The notes below the pieces were generated by a model. That model was not told the DNA's origin and did no database searches. It was given only the letters and a program-made list of their open reading frames with translations. DNA of 64,000 bases, from assembly GCA_964016885.1 (NCBI GenBank), contig CAXHJY010000671.1:10651-74650 (forward strand), read 5' to 3'. How positions within the stretch are numbered: the stretch's first letter is position 1; every line of letters begins with the position of its first letter. The position numbers and the translations under genes were made by a program. Below, piece after piece: positions 1-16,410 of the stretch. This DNA comes from Eledone cirrhosa. Its lineage: Eukaryota.

Positions 1-16
1 ACACACACACACACAC

Positions 17-78
<62 letters not shown>

Positions 79-84
<6 letters not shown>

Positions 85-127
85 GGCTTCTACAGGGCTG
101 GAACTGTTTCATTCGAAAGAAATCATC
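79..127 (-). ncRNA. Truncated hammerhead ribozyme motif, family A (PLE pLTR-like fragment)
   Basis: Minus strand reads GATGA-tttctttcgaat-GAAACAG-ttccagcc-CTGTA-gaagcc, homologous to intact copies at 38491 and 43793. The 5' CT of the core and the 5' stem I strand are missing. Flanked by (TA)n. Confidence 0.6.
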
Positions 128-143
128 GTATGTGTGTGTGTTT

Positions 144-282
<139 letters not shown>

Positions 283-702
283 AGAAAGAGAGAGAGAGGC
301 ACAGAGAGAGTGAGAAAGAGAGTGTGAGAGAGAGAGAAACAGAGAGAGAGTGTGTGTGTGACTTGTATAGATGAAGCTAAATACCGCAGGACATATTTTT
401 TGAGCGACTATCGATTTAATGAATCGAGCAATTAAGCGTCATGATGGTCACGGCTAGACCGGAAAATCGTTGATCATAAGTCTGCCGCGTTTATGGTGAC
501 CTGCAATAGCAACAACGACAACAACGACATCTATTCTGCAGTGTTCTGTTTAATTACGCAACCATAATTACATAACTATGATAACGTATTAGTAAAAGGA
601 AACATTTCATTGGTTAATCTAGTTAGAATGTAACAACACGTGACATACAACTTAGAACTCCTAATACACACAAATCGATGAATCATCAATAATATTATTA
701 TA

Positions 703-1174
703 ATGATTGTTGTTGTTGTTGTTGTTATTGTTGGTCTTCTTCTTCTTCTTCTTCTTCTTCTTCTTCTTCTTCTTCTTCTTCTTCTTCTTCCTCTCTTTCT
801 TCTTCTTCTTCGTTTTCTTCTATTTCTTCTTTTTCTTCTTCTTTTCTTCTTTTTGTGCTTCTTCTTCTACTGCTTCTTCTTCTTCCTATTCTTCATCTTC
901 TTGTGCTTCTTGTTCTTCTTTTCTTCTTTTTGGGCTTCTTCTTTTACTTCTTCTATTTCTTCTTCTATTTCTTCTCTCTGTTTTTCTTTCTTTATTTCTT
1001 TATTTATTTTTTTATTTATTTATTTCTTCTTCATCTTCTTCTTGTGCTTCTTCGCCTTCTTCTATTTCTTCTTCTTTTTCTTCTACTTCTTTTCTTCTTC
1101 TTGTGCTTCTTCTTCTTCTACATCTTCTTCTTCTTGTGCTTCGTCGTCCTTTTCTTCTTCTTTTTCTTCTTTTC

Positions 1175-1246
<72 letters not shown>

Positions 1247-1586
1247 ATTATATTTCTTCTTCTTCTTCTTCTTCTTCTTCTTCTTCTTCTTCTTCTTCTT
1301 CTTCTTCTTCTTCTTCTTCTTCTTCTTCTTCCTCTCTTTCTTCTTCTTCTTCTTCTTCGTTTTCTTCTATTTCTTCTCTTCTTCTTTTCTTCTTTTTGTG
1401 CTTCTTCTTCTACAGCTTCTTTTTCTTCTTCTTCCTATTCTTCATCTTCTTGTGCTTCTTTTTCTTCTTTTTCTATTTCTTCTTCTACTGCTTCTTTTTC
1501 TTCTTTTTCTTCTTTTTCGTCCTCTTCTTCCACTTTTTCTTCTCCATTATTATTACTATTATTATTATTATTAATATCACTATTAC

Positions 1587-1628
<42 letters not shown>

Positions 1629-1640
1629 TATTATCATTAT
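703..1640. repeat. (TTG)n/(TTC)n/(TTA)n low-complexity array with an internal duplication
   Basis: Trinucleotide runs; the block cctctctttcttc...tttttgtgcttcttcttctac recurs at ~790 and ~1331. Confidence 0.9.
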
Positions 1641-1783
1641 TAGACAAGGTCTGTGATTGGTAGACGTACATGGGTGATTGTGTGAGTAAATGGCGGGTTG
1701 TACCATCAAATCGGTCACGGATCACCTAAGTATATATTTATCGTTCAGCTTTTTTCTACGGATCAAAACAAATTCCCCCATAC

Positions 1784-1944
<161 letters not shown>

Positions 1945-2012
1945 AACGCACACGCACACACACACATATACATATATATATATATGTATACATATATTCA
2001 TATACATACATA

Positions 2013-2341
<329 letters not shown>

Positions 2342-2496
2342 TTATATATATATATTTATATATATATATATTTATATATATATATTTATATATACATACA
2401 CACGCACAAACACATACACAAACACACACATATATATGTATTATATATATATGTGTGTGTATATATATATGTATTATATATATGTGTGTGTATATA

Positions 2497-2557
<61 letters not shown>

Positions 2558-2564
2558 TTATATG

Positions 2565-2652
<88 letters not shown>

Positions 2653-2732
2653 TATGTATATATGTATATACCTATATATTTGCATATATATATTTATATA
2701 CATATATATACATACACACTCACACACACACA

Positions 2733-2769
<37 letters not shown>

Positions 2770-2984
2770 GGTATCTGTGTACACGGTTCAGTGATAAATC
2801 AAGAAGTAACGCCAATTTACACAAAATACTTTAGAGCTGATTATATCCAGATTTATCTCGCTAATACAGTAATATCATGTTATATATATATATATATATA
2901 TATGTGGGAGGGGTTGTGTGTGTGCGTGCGTATGTGTGTGTGTGTGTATGTGTGTATGTATGTATATATATATATATATACACA

Positions 2985-3583
2985 CAGTTGGTGCTACTGG
3001 TAACATGTATCCCAGTACAACCTGTCCCATGGCCGGGTCGTTGGCGACTAAACTGGCAACCCCACCAAGGTTTCTTGGTGAGGAGGGTGACTTTGGACAT
3101 CCCGCAGGACTAAAAACAAAACCTGTCAAAGGGCAAAGGAGCTCTTAAGAGTCAATGGCCATCCAAAATCACCGGGAGAGATGACCCCTTAGCCTTTGTC
3201 AAGGCAGAATTCTAGGAGAAGGAAAACTCTGATATAACACCTGCAACCCTGATGGTATCCAATGATGTTGACTTGTTCTTCTTTTTGGTAAATATCATCT
3301 TGGTTAAGAGAGTGGGACTGGCTTTGTGCAGTGCCTTTGCTCACTATAAAAGCTTCACGGCACAGGCATTGCTTTATATCTGGAGATCTCTCTGCACTTG
3401 TCGTCACATGGTACCATGGGCCCTGCACTATGTGTCAGTAATTGTCACAAGTGTAGTGTTTGTACCAGAGTTTTCAAGTCGCTGGCTGGACTAAAAAGTC
3501 ACACTCGTTCAGCGCATCGGTAGGGGTTCTCCTACATGGATATAAAGTAGTGGCCGTACTCGAAAACGAGTTGGCAGCCACCA
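2985..3583 (+). mobile_element. ~600-bp non-coding retroposon (probably RTE-derived), copy 1
   Basis: Near-identical copies at 21133-21745(-), 26126-26662(-) and 61432-61593(+), all ending GCAGCCACCA. Contains CTAGGAGAAGGAAAACTCTGA, which resembles RTE 5'UTR sequence. Confidence 0.8.
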
Positions 3584-3602
3584 TATATATATATAGATAG
3601 AT

Positions 3603-3701
<99 letters not shown>

Positions 3702-3757
3702 AAGATAGAGAGAAAGAGAGAAAGAGAGACGGAGAGCGAGAGAGAATGAGAGAGATG

Positions 3758-3819
<62 letters not shown>

Positions 3820-3930
3820 TATAGATGCATAGATATATATATATATATATATAGATATATATATGCATATATGTATATATATATACACACATATATGCAT
3901 ATATGTATATATATATACACACATATATGC

Positions 3931-3968
<38 letters not shown>

Positions 3969-3973
3969 ATAGC

Positions 3974-4134
3974 AAAGGAAATGTGGTAAGGAACCAGATG
4001 GACCATAACGCACCAGAGTACTCAATACTTAGGGTAATAGAGTAGGAAATAGGAAAAAGTATGACCCCGACGCCGTTTCAGTCCAGAAATAGCCGTCGAA
4101 ACGGCTTGAGTTCTGCCGTCGGGGTCATACTTTT
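3974..4134. mobile_element. Family B PLE-like fold-back fragment with hammerhead 3' half
   Basis: Inverted arms aaaagtatgaccccgacg / cgtcggggtcatactttt; GAAACGGC-ttgagttct-GCCGTC. Homologous to 24896, 36455, 43465 and 61004. Confidence 0.7.
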
Positions 4135-4714
4135 ATATATATATATATATATATAAAACAACAAAACACTTTTTTTTTCAGAAAAGGCAACTACAGAAAT
4201 ATCGGTGGCTGGGCAAACCAATGGCTGTGTGTGTGTGTGGGGGGGGGGGGGGGGGGGGGGGGGCAGTTTGAGACAACGTCAAACTGGCAATTTAAACACA
4301 CACTATGTCACCTGATCAACAACGAGATGTGGTGACGTGAACGATGTAAAATTGTACTCAAATTGCTACAAATTGCCAAATCATTTGTTTTTTTGTGTTT
4401 CGGTTTGTGTGTCTTTTCTGTTTTTCTTGTGTTTTTCTTTTTGGTTTTGTTTGTATTTGTTGTGTTTCGTGTGACAATTTCTAACCTTCTATATGTCTTT
4501 TATTCTTTCTTTCTTTCTTTTTTGTTTTACTCCCCTCCCGTATTATTTCTTTCTTGTGTTATTTGCCTCTTTCACTCTCTCTCTCTCTCACTCGCTATCT
4601 CTCTCTCTCTCTTTCTTCCCAACGCCTTCTATGTCTACATACATATCTATATATACATACAAATATATGGATATATATATTTCTTCTTTTTTTTTATTTA
4701 TATATATATTTATA

Positions 4715-4746
<32 letters not shown>

Positions 4747-4800
4747 CATATATATACAGATATATATACATATATATACATATATATATACATATTATAC

Positions 4801-4848
<48 letters not shown>

Positions 4849-4907
4849 CATACATACATACATTGGTACATATATATATATATAATTAAATAAATTTATA
4901 TATATAC

Positions 4908-5002
<95 letters not shown>

Positions 5003-5221
5003 AAGACTATTGTGTGTTTATATGCATATACATACTGTATATATAATTATGAACAGATGTGCATGTGTGTGTGTTTCTGAGTACTGCAGGGAATGTCATA
5101 AAATTACGTTATCTTTCATATCTGCAGGTAGTAAACCAATGGGGTCTCCTAAAATTGGTGTTTATATGGAACCGTACCACAGATAAATTATTGGCTAAGG
5201 AAACACATACCACTATGTATT

Positions 5222-5321
<100 letters not shown>

Positions 5322-5688
5322 CGTGTGTGCGTGTGTGTGTGTGTGTCTGTATGTGTGTGTGTGCGTGTATGGGTGTGAGAGGTAGTGATTTTTGTGTATT
5401 CATGTGTTTGCGTCATGTGTGTGTGTATATGTGTGGATTATATGTTCATGTGAGCTGTGTGTGTATGCGGTGGTGATGCTTATATATGCATGTGTGCGTG
5501 TATGGTGAATATATGTGTGTCTTATGCGTATGTGTGTATGTGAGCTTGTATATCTCATGGTGGTATATGAATTCTCATTCATTTAATGTATTGTAAGTAG
5601 CACATACAACCTTCCCTTCGGCATAGAGAGATAGACAGACAAATAGATAGATAGACAGACAAATAGATAGATAGACAAATAGATAGAT

Positions 5689-5746
<58 letters not shown>

Positions 5747-5892
5747 TTCTTTATTAGCCACAAGGGCGCACAAGAAAAGACATGCCGGGGATTTTACATA
5801 TAGTCATGTAAAAAATTTAAAACAAACAATTATAACAATCGAAATCCCCAATAGGGGGGAAGCGCCACAAATGGGTTGTTTAATACCCCGTC

Positions 5893-5965
<73 letters not shown>

Positions 5966-6067
5966 ATGAGAGATTGGACAGAGAGATGGAATTGTGAAAT
6001 GAAAGAGATCAGAAAGATAGATAGAGAGATGGGTGACAGAAATCAGCGAGCGAGAGAGAGAGAGAGA

Positions 6068-6147
<80 letters not shown>

Positions 6148-6508
6148 CAGACAGAGAGAGAGAGAAGGAGAGAGATGGGTGGGAGAAATAAGAGAAAGAG
6201 ATAGGAATGAAATAAGAAATATTTAAAGAGAGGTAGGGCAGAGAGGCGGCATGGCAAGATGGGGCAGATGAATGGAAGATATGATAAAGTTTGGACAGAT
6301 AAATCGGAATGTTGAGAGAGGGAGATAGTTTGGAGGGCGAGAGAGAGAGGTGGAAGAGAGAGATAGTTTGGAGAGTGAGTTAAATTGAAAGAGAGAGAGT
6401 CAGGAGAGTGAGTTAAGGTGAGACGATTCAGAGAGTTTGGACAGATAAATAAGAAAGTCAAGAGAGAGAACTTGGAGAGAGAGATAGTTTGAAGAGTGTG
6501 AAATAGTT

Positions 6509-6557
<49 letters not shown>

Positions 6558-6595
6558 TGGAGAGAATGAGAGAGATAATTTGAAGAGAGAGAGAG

Positions 6596-6916
6596 ATAAT
6601 TTGTAGAGCGATAGAGGGAGAGATATATAGTTTGGGGAGAGAGAGAGAGAGAATTTTTAGAGAGCTAGAGAGAGAGATATATAGTTTGAATAGAGAGAGA
6701 GAGAGATAATTTGTAGAGAGCTAGAGAGAGAGATATATAGTTTGGGGAGAGAGACAGAGAGAGATAATTTGTAGAGAGCTAGAGAGAGAGATATATAGTT
6801 TGGCGAGAGAGAGAGAGAGAGATAATTTGTAGAGAGCTAGAGAGAGAGATATATAGTTTGGATAGAGAGAGAGAGAGATAATTTGTAGAGAGCTAGAGAG
6901 AGAGATATATAGTTTG

Positions 6917-6983
<67 letters not shown>

Positions 6984-7072
6984 TGTAGAGAGCTAGAAAG
7001 AGAGATATATAGTTTGGATAGAGAGAGAGAGAGATAATTTGTAGAGAGCTAGAAAGAGAGATATATAGTTTG

Positions 7073-7133
<61 letters not shown>

Positions 7134-7180
7134 TTTGTAGAGAGCTAGAAAGAGAGATATATAGTTTGGCGAGAGAGAGA
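6596..7180. repeat. Compound minisatellite (ataatttgtagagagctagagagagagatatatagtttgg + variable (GA)n)
   Basis: About 9 units seen directly, spaced by (GA)n of variable length. Confidence 0.9.
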
Positions 7181-7576
7181 TGGGGCAATGGCTGTTCCAT
7201 GGAGTATCCGTAATGAATCAATGAATGCAGGTCAAGGGAGATTATTACTTTGAACTTGATTGAGGCGGGAGAACCATCCAATGAGAGACTATTCCATCTT
7301 TGCTTTTAATCAATGCATTCATGGCAACTGGCCAACATCTTTGCTTATCAACTGGTATTCCATTTGGACGGCAGCCAACGGTTTAGACTCAAGATGATTC
7401 CTGACAAACACACGCGCACTAACAACACACATATACACACACATATATGTACACACAGATATTTATATATAACACACATATACACATATATATATATACA
7501 CAAATATATATATATATATACACATATATACATATATATACACATATATACCTATATATATATATATACATACAAC

Positions 7577-7644
<68 letters not shown>

Positions 7645-7658
7645 TATATATATGTGTG

Positions 7659-7744
<86 letters not shown>

Positions 7745-7754
7745 TATATATATA

Positions 7755-7785
<31 letters not shown>

Positions 7786-8153
7786 CTGTGTGTGTATGTA
7801 TGTATGTATGTATGTATGTATGTATATATATATATGCATACGTGTGCTTGCTTGTATGTATATGTACGTGTATGTGTGCTTGTCTGTATGTAGTATGTTT
7901 ACGTTATTGGAGTTTCACTTCCCGAGTGGGCATTAGAAGTGTCTGTATTGTGCATTTACATATGCAATATACATATAGTTATAATACGATTAAAAAGATG
8001 AAAAATCTACATATGGTGACACGGGTGCTTTGGAACCTCCTTGGAGCATAATAAAGTAAACAGACTTTCCTATTCAGCCAACTAGCATAACAGTCTGTTT
8101 TATATTTCTTTTCGTCATCTTACTGAACATTATGAATATGTATGTATATATGT

Positions 8154-8298
<145 letters not shown>

Positions 8299-8340
8299 TA
8301 CCCATACACGAAACACATTTATACACATACACCCATACAC

Positions 8341-8446
<106 letters not shown>

Positions 8447-9173
8447 ATAAATGTGTTTTGTGTATGGGTATGTACATATATATATATTCATATACATACA
8501 TACATATATTCATAACTACATACATACATACGTACAAATGTACATACATTCATAGCTACATGCATACGTACATACATACAAACATACATACATACAAACG
8601 TACATACATACATACATACATACATACATACATACATACAGACAGACATACATACGTACATACATACGTGCATACATACATACATAAATAGAAACGTACA
8701 TACATACACACATACGTGCATACATACATACATACACACATACACACATACATACATACATACATACATACATACATACATACATACATACATACATACA
8801 TACACATAATTATGGTAATTGCTTCATCTTGTGAGAAGATAGCTGTCACTCCACAATGAGACATCTGTATATCATTAGTCTGAAGTGACGTACATATTAT
8901 GTACGTCAACTCTTTTAGACAGTGACAATAAAGAATAAGAGGAATGGTAACTATTTCAACCACGGCATTGATATCAGACCTACAACCCCTAATTTTCATT
9001 TTTTATTTAGTTTATAGATCCCTCCATGGAAATTCTTGACACTCTATCCCTTATGGAGCCCATCCAAAAATATGTAAAAAAAAAAACTAAAGGATTAAAT
9101 CAGTAAAGCAAACATAAAATAGACAGTAATAAGTGTTTTTTATTAAATCAGAAACCTATATATGTATGTATAT

Positions 9174-9222
<49 letters not shown>

Positions 9223-9413
9223 CGTGTGTGTGTGTGCGTGAAGGAAAGAAGAGTGCTCTATGTATATTGCAGTGCTATTTAATTACATAGTAAATAATTA
9301 TGAACGAGCTAGACATTTCTTTAAGAATCATCTAGTTTCTTGAAACTATTGGTAATGGAATAATTATGTTGTATTGTTTTTTATGTAAATAATAATAGTA
9401 ATAGTAATATATA

Positions 9414-9505
9414 TAATAAATATTTGCTCTAGGGTTCTTATATATTTGATATATATTTTCCTTATCGAGCCCTCTTTGGATTTTAGTCTTCACATTTATT
9501 ATTAT

Positions 9506-9510
<5 letters not shown>
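9414..9510 (+). mobile_element. Family C 3' tail fragment
   Basis: Matches ~25606-25702 (tatttgctc...gagccctctttggattttagtcttca...ttactat), followed by (TA)n. Confidence 0.75.
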
Positions 9511-9592
<82 letters not shown>

Positions 9593-9727
9593 GCATTCGT
9601 CAGTTTTATATCGAAGAACAATAATATTATGACAATATTATTGATATTCGATTCGTTTGCAGATCACCACATAATTAGACTCCACTCCAGTCCACCACTT
9701 CATTCCCCTACAACTACTTTGCACACT

Positions 9728-9838
9728 CATGTTTTCAGTTGCTCAGGGTCACAACATGCCGCTCTAACCAGGAAGGGAACTCGAGTCCTTACGCTCGAAT
9801 AACCTCGTATCCAAGCCACTTAGACCCGCACCTTCACC
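9728..9838 (-). mobile_element. Degenerate tRNA-derived CORE-type SINE head
   Basis: Minus strand gtgaaggtgcgggtctaagtggctt...gagttcccttcctgg...ttgtgaccctgagcaac: A/B-box-like head followed by a CORE-like motif. Confidence 0.45.
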
Positions 9839-9974
9839 TTATAAATCAGAAGGGGTTTCATTTGGTCATCTATTGCAGTTCATGATCCCAATCTACATAT
9901 TGATGTTGATGTTATGGTTGTTGATGTTGTTGTGGTTGCTGGAGTTAATATTTTTGCTGCTATAGTGATTTGCT

Positions 9975-10190
9975 GCGGTCCATTGGCAAAATCGGTAGAG
10001 CATCGGACACAATGCTTTGCAGCATAGAGTTATGGCCCTTTATGATGTGAGCTCAAATCCTGCCGAGGTTAGCTTTGCTTTCATCCTTTCTAGCTCGATA
10101 AAATAAACTACCAGTAATGCACTGGGGTTGATTTAATCGATTTTCGCCTCCCCCAAAATTGCTGGCCTTGTGCCTAATGTAGAAATCTTT
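9975..10190 (+). mobile_element. tRNA-derived SINE (Meta/MESC-like central domain), long diverged subfamily
   Basis: gagctcaaatcctgccgaggttagctttgctttcatcctttc...gataaaataaactaccagt...ggccttgtgcctaatgtagaa; homologous to the 40068 copy. Confidence 0.75.
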
Positions 10191-10338
10191 ATGATATTAT
10201 TTTCTGACGATTTCAAGACAATGGTAGTGATGTTGTTTGTGGTGTTAGTTGTGGTGGTGGTGGTGGTGGTTGTGGTGGTGGTGGTTCTGGTGGTGCTGGT
10301 GCTGGTACTGGTGCTGGTGATGGTTGTGGTTGTGGTTG

Positions 10339-10369
<31 letters not shown>

Positions 10370-10567
10370 GCTGGTGCTGGTGTTGATGCTGGGCCTAGCG
10401 GTGGTTGTAGTGGTTGTAACGGGCCTGGGCTTGCTGTTGTTATTGTTGGGAGGTTGACCTGGTGGTGGTGATCGTGGTCGTGGTCGTCGTTAGAATGTTG
10501 ATGATCATGATGCAACAGCTGTTATACACACTACTGCTGCTGAAACTGCTGCTGCTGCTGCTGAAAC

Positions 10568-10601
<34 letters not shown>

Positions 10602-11128
10602 ACAGTTGTTGCTGCTACTGTTATTGCTGCTGCTGCTCTTGTGGTTTTTCACTACTGCCAAATTATATTATATATACCGTCTGATTAAATCAAGTATCTT
10701 CACTCAAACATTTTACACCAAAATAGAAAGAAGCCAAAAAAAGAATAAAATAAAATACTGAGAAACAGAAACGAAAATCAAAAAGCAGCTCATTAGCATC
10801 TAAGTGAGTGTCTGGTTGAATACCAAAGATATTTGCATCTCATTACATGAATAGCCGATACACTTCATTGACCAATAATCGGATAAACATCATTGATAAC
10901 TCGAAATCGATAGCAGTGCAGTGGCGGCTGTGTGGTTAACTAGGTTTGTTTTGTAAATTACGATATTTTGGCCTCCACTCCAATCTTTCTGCGTGGCTGT
11001 GAAGAAGCGTCTTCGTACAATATCCTTAAACTGGAGATCGATCGCGTAAACTAGTTTTCGATGGCATTCCCTTGTGATCGATGATAGTGGTGGTTGTGTG
11101 CTTAAATATAAATATATATATATATATA

Positions 11129-11452
<324 letters not shown>

Positions 11453-11483
11453 CATATATATACATATATATATACACCTATTT

Positions 11484-11836
11484 CTATGGCGGGTAAAATT
11501 CCCGAGATCCATGGACGAGTTCTCTCCAGCGGTCTCTGTCCCTCATCATCGCGGCCATGTCCTGCGTCTCCAAGAGACCAGTGTCTGTCCTTGAGGCATC
11601 AACATTTGCCAACCTCGGTAATATCAGTTTCCTCTGTACTACTCTCGAGCTGACTTTTGGCAGGCTCCCGTACATCTCTGAGTTCTTCATCCTCAGTGCA
11701 TACTGATTAATGTTCAGAGCCATCCTCAGCATTCTCGTGTAGCACCCATCCACCTTCTAAGTCAGTTTCTTGGTCTGTGTCCAAGTCTCAGACCCGTATA
11801 GAAGAACAGACTCCACTACAGCAACGAAGAGACGTA
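11484..11836 (-). pseudogene. RTE-clade LINE RT C-terminal fragment
   Basis: LFVAVVESVLLYGSETWT...*KVDGCYTRMLRMALNI...[12 protein letters not shown], typical RTE C-terminus motifs. Has a stop and an internal deletion. Confidence 0.85.
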
Positions 11837-11840
11837 TATT

Positions 11841-11874
<34 letters not shown>

Positions 11875-11912
11875 GTTATATATAGTTATATATATATGTA
11901 TGATTTTGTCAT

Positions 11913-12118
11913 TTATTTTGTCTGACCTGTTTAGCTTGACTTGTTTTTTGGCTTAGCTGGTTAATGCCTTCTTGACCGTCTTCTCAGTTTGTATGGCGTT
12001 TATAACCTATGTTTATAGCTCTGGTTTTTTAAACTATGGAGCGCTTGCCAGCATAACTCTGAACTTGCGTTACGTTTCGCTTTTTCTACCTGCCGAAATG
12101 CGATTCTCGCTGAATTTA

Positions 12119-12157
<39 letters not shown>

Positions 12158-12358
12158 ATTTGTCTGACCCGAATTTTCTTGGTCGTTTTTTCGGGTGTGC
12201 GAATGATTTTAAGCATTGTCTCTGTGTGTTGGTATTTAAACGTTAGTTATAGCTCTGGTTTATCCAAACTATTGAGCCCTTTGCCACGCATTTCGAAGAT
12301 TGTGTTCCGTTATTTCGTGGGACGAGATTCCGATTCTCGATAATTTATTTGTATTTAT
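11913..12358 (+). repeat. Family G ~210-bp dispersed repeat, two diverged copies separated by (TA)n
   Basis: Both copies share tttgtctgacc...tatagctctggttt...cgattctcg; a third copy is inverted at 24655-24856. Confidence 0.65.
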
Positions 12359-12769
12359 ATATATATATATATATTATTATGTAATAAACAACATAAGGCA
12401 ATTATTCCATTTACCAGTGGTTTCTTAAAAGCAAAAGGTTTTGCTTTCAATCCTCAGAATGAAAAATCCTGGTTTGTTTATTGAATATGGATTCTAAAAA
12501 CAAAAATGCAATCTATATGAAAGTGAGGCTGGAAAAGGGAGAAGGAAAGGAAAAATAAAATAAAACTACACATGCAAACACACACAAAAAAAAAAAAAAA
12601 AAAAACACCCAAAAGCATACTTACACACACATACATATATACACATATATATAAATGCACGCATACACATATACATATACACACATATATATATATATAT
12701 ATAAAGAGCGTACACCTACACACACATACACATATATACACACATATACACATACATACATTCATACAT

Positions 12770-12802
<33 letters not shown>

Positions 12803-12837
12803 TACACACACACATATATATATATATATACATACAC

Positions 12838-12868
<31 letters not shown>

Positions 12869-12883
12869 TACATGCATGCATAC

Positions 12884-13044
<161 letters not shown>

Positions 13045-13255
13045 TGTGAGATTGTGGGTGGTGCATGGAGGTGCATGGACAACAAACGAGAAAAAAGCAT
13101 GTGTGTGCTGCAGTGTGAAACAAAACAAACTCGGACATGATAGCCTGAACGCTGCTTGGGTGAATGTTGCCGTCGCAGAGGACCGAAATCTTTGAGATCT
13201 CCAATTGACAGCTGATGAAGGGAATCAATCCGCAGTGGAAGCCGTGTACAGAATA

Positions 13256-13415
13256 CAGAATTCCGTTATAACGAATACCATCATAACGAATTTTTCAGTA
13301 TAACGAAATATTTTTCAATCTCCCATTTCTTTCTATCGATCTCGTGATAAAAAATTATTCGTTACAAGGAATACCTTTTTATACCCTATGAATTTCGTTA
13401 TAACGGATATCACTG
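13256..13415. mobile_element. Tc1/mariner(pogo)-type MITE
   Basis: TA|cag...ccgttataacgaa ... ttcgttataacgg...ctg|TA imperfect TIRs; second copy at 58732. Confidence 0.7.
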
Positions 13416-13596
13416 TATTTAAATATCTAGAGAGAGACAGGGGGGAGGTGTGGGTTGAATGATTAACATTGTATTATGTAGTTTACACAACCAACGGATT
13501 AAGATCAAATTTAGGTATGAGTTTGTTGGTGGCAACATACGGGATTAACGGTATTAAGACTGTATTTACGCCTGTTGTAATTGCTGTTAATACCGC

Positions 13597-13597
<1 letters not shown>

Positions 13598-13647
<50 letters not shown>

Positions 13648-13748
13648 AGATATTGTTGTTGTAGAAGTACTATTAGTAGTGGTGGTGGTAGTGGTGGTGG
13701 CGGTAGCGGTGGCGGTGGTGGTGGTGGTGGTTGTGATGACGGTGATAC

Positions 13749-13800
<52 letters not shown>

Positions 13801-13864
13801 CGTAGTAGTATAGTGGTGGGTGGGGTGGGGTTGGGTGGGGTGGGGTAGTAGTAGTAGCAGCAGC

Positions 13865-13895
<31 letters not shown>

Positions 13896-13941
13896 ATAGT
13901 GGTAGTAGTAGTAGTAGTAGCAGCATAAGTAGTAGTAATAA

Positions 13942-13992
<51 letters not shown>

Positions 13993-14038
13993 CAGCATAA
14001 GTAGTAGTAATAATAGTACTAGTAGTGGTGGTAGTGGC

Positions 14039-14103
<65 letters not shown>

Positions 14104-14104
14104 G

Positions 14105-14142
<38 letters not shown>

Positions 14143-14192
14143 CAGCAGCATAAGTAGTAGTAATAATAGTAGTAGTAGTGGTGGTAGTGGCG

Positions 14193-14258
<66 letters not shown>

Positions 14259-14280
14259 TCAGCAGTAGTAGTAGTAATAA

Positions 14281-14354
<74 letters not shown>

Positions 14355-14355
14355 A

Positions 14356-14431
<76 letters not shown>

Positions 14432-15710
14432 GATAGTAGCATTAGTTGTTGTTATTGATTTTGGTAAATACAGTCACCACCACCACCACCACACTACCAT
14501 GATTATCATCACTAGCATCAGTATCACCACTACACCACGATTACCATAACACTACCACCACCACCACTACCACCGCTACCAACGCTACCACAACCACTAC
14601 CAGCACCAACAACAATCCCAACATCACCACTACCACCACCAATACTACAACCGCAACCACCACTACCACCACTACCACCGCTACCACCACCACTACCAAC
14701 ACCAACAACAACCCCAACATCACCACTACCACCATCAACACCACTACTACCACCAATACTACAACCGCAACCACCACTACCACCACTACCACTGCTACCA
14801 CCACCACTACCAACACCAACAACAACACCAACACCATCACCACAACCACTACCAACACAAACACCAACACCACCACCACCACCACCACAGCCGCAACCAC
14901 TACGAACACCATCAACAACAACAACACCACCACTGCGACCACCAACACCGCTACTACCACCAATACTACTATCACCACCAGAACTACCACCGTTAACGCC
15001 GCTTTCCACCACCACTACCTACACCAACAACGACAACAACAAAACAACCACCATCAATACCACCACCACCACCATCAACACTACCACCAATACCTTCATA
15101 AGGATGCGTGCACGCTGGATAATGTGTGCGCGCGGGCGCACGTGTGTATGTATACGTGTGCATGCGTATGTGTGTGTGTGTGTGTATGTGTGTGTGCGCG
15201 TGTGTGTGCGTGTCTAAGCCCGTGAGATTTTTCGCCGACTCAACAGTAATAGTGATTTCTAATATATAATTACATTAATAAAAAATATTGATAGGGACTA
15301 TAATGAGAGTGACCTCCCCTGATTTCATTCATTAAGTTTACCTGCGTTTGTTCGATTGATAATATTTTATGTTAAATTTTTTTTTAGTTGTTACGACACA
15401 AATGACGTTGACACAATAATACTACTACAGCTACTACTATTGCTACAACTATAACTCTTACTACTACTACTAATGCTATTAGTAATGCTACTACTACTAC
15501 TGCTGCTGCTGCTGCTACTACTACTATTACTACTACTACTACTACTACTACTACTACAACCACCGACCACTATTATTACTACTACTACTACTACTACTAT
15601 TACTGAGACTACTACTACCACTACTGCTGCAACTATTACTACTGCTAAGGCTACAACTACTACTACCACTGCTACAGCTGCCGCTACTGCTGCAAATACT
15701 AATACTACTG

Positions 15711-15774
<64 letters not shown>

Positions 15775-15810
15775 CAGTACTAATACTACTACTACCACTA
15801 CCACTACTGT

Positions 15811-15861
<51 letters not shown>

Positions 15862-15867
15862 CACTAT

Positions 15868-15920
<53 letters not shown>

Positions 15921-16108
15921 TTACTACTACTACTACCACTACTACTACAGCTACTACTACAACAACAACTACTACTACTACTATAACCACTACTACTACT
16001 ACCACTACTACTACTACTACAACTACTACTACCACTACTACTACTACTACTACAGCTACTACTACTACAACAACAACTACTACTACTACTACCACTACTA
16101 CTACTACC

Positions 16109-16158
<50 letters not shown>

Positions 16159-16351
16159 CACTACTACAGCTACTACTACAACAACTAGTACTAGTACTAC
16201 TACTACAACTACTACTACTACTTCTACTTCTACTGTTACTACTACTACTACTATTACTACTACTACTACTACTACAACTACTACTACTACAACAACTACT
16301 ACTACTACTACTACTACTACTACAACAACTACTACTACTACTACTACTACA

Positions 16352-16410
<59 letters not shown>

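Noticed and set aside
3010-3062. HDV-like ribozyme in the retroposon 5' region
   Set aside because: I could not assign P1, P1.1 and L3 convincingly by eye.
7190-7402. Possible terminal exon on the minus strand after tttgtcag
   Set aside because: Short frames and no recognisable protein.
8808-8980. Possible minus-strand exon SDINAVVEIVTIPLILYCHC..., containing a 10-bp inverted repeat
   Set aside because: Weak splice signals and no recognisable homology; cannot be supported without RNA-seq.
12421-12462. Minus-strand CTGAGGA-tt-GAAA-gcaaaa-cc-ttttgc hammerhead-like motif
   Set aside because: No stem II, and stem I does not pair.
13209-13250. CTGATGA motif (similar isolated hits near 27810, 31974, 35230 and 37309)
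   Set aside because: No matching GAAA or stems.
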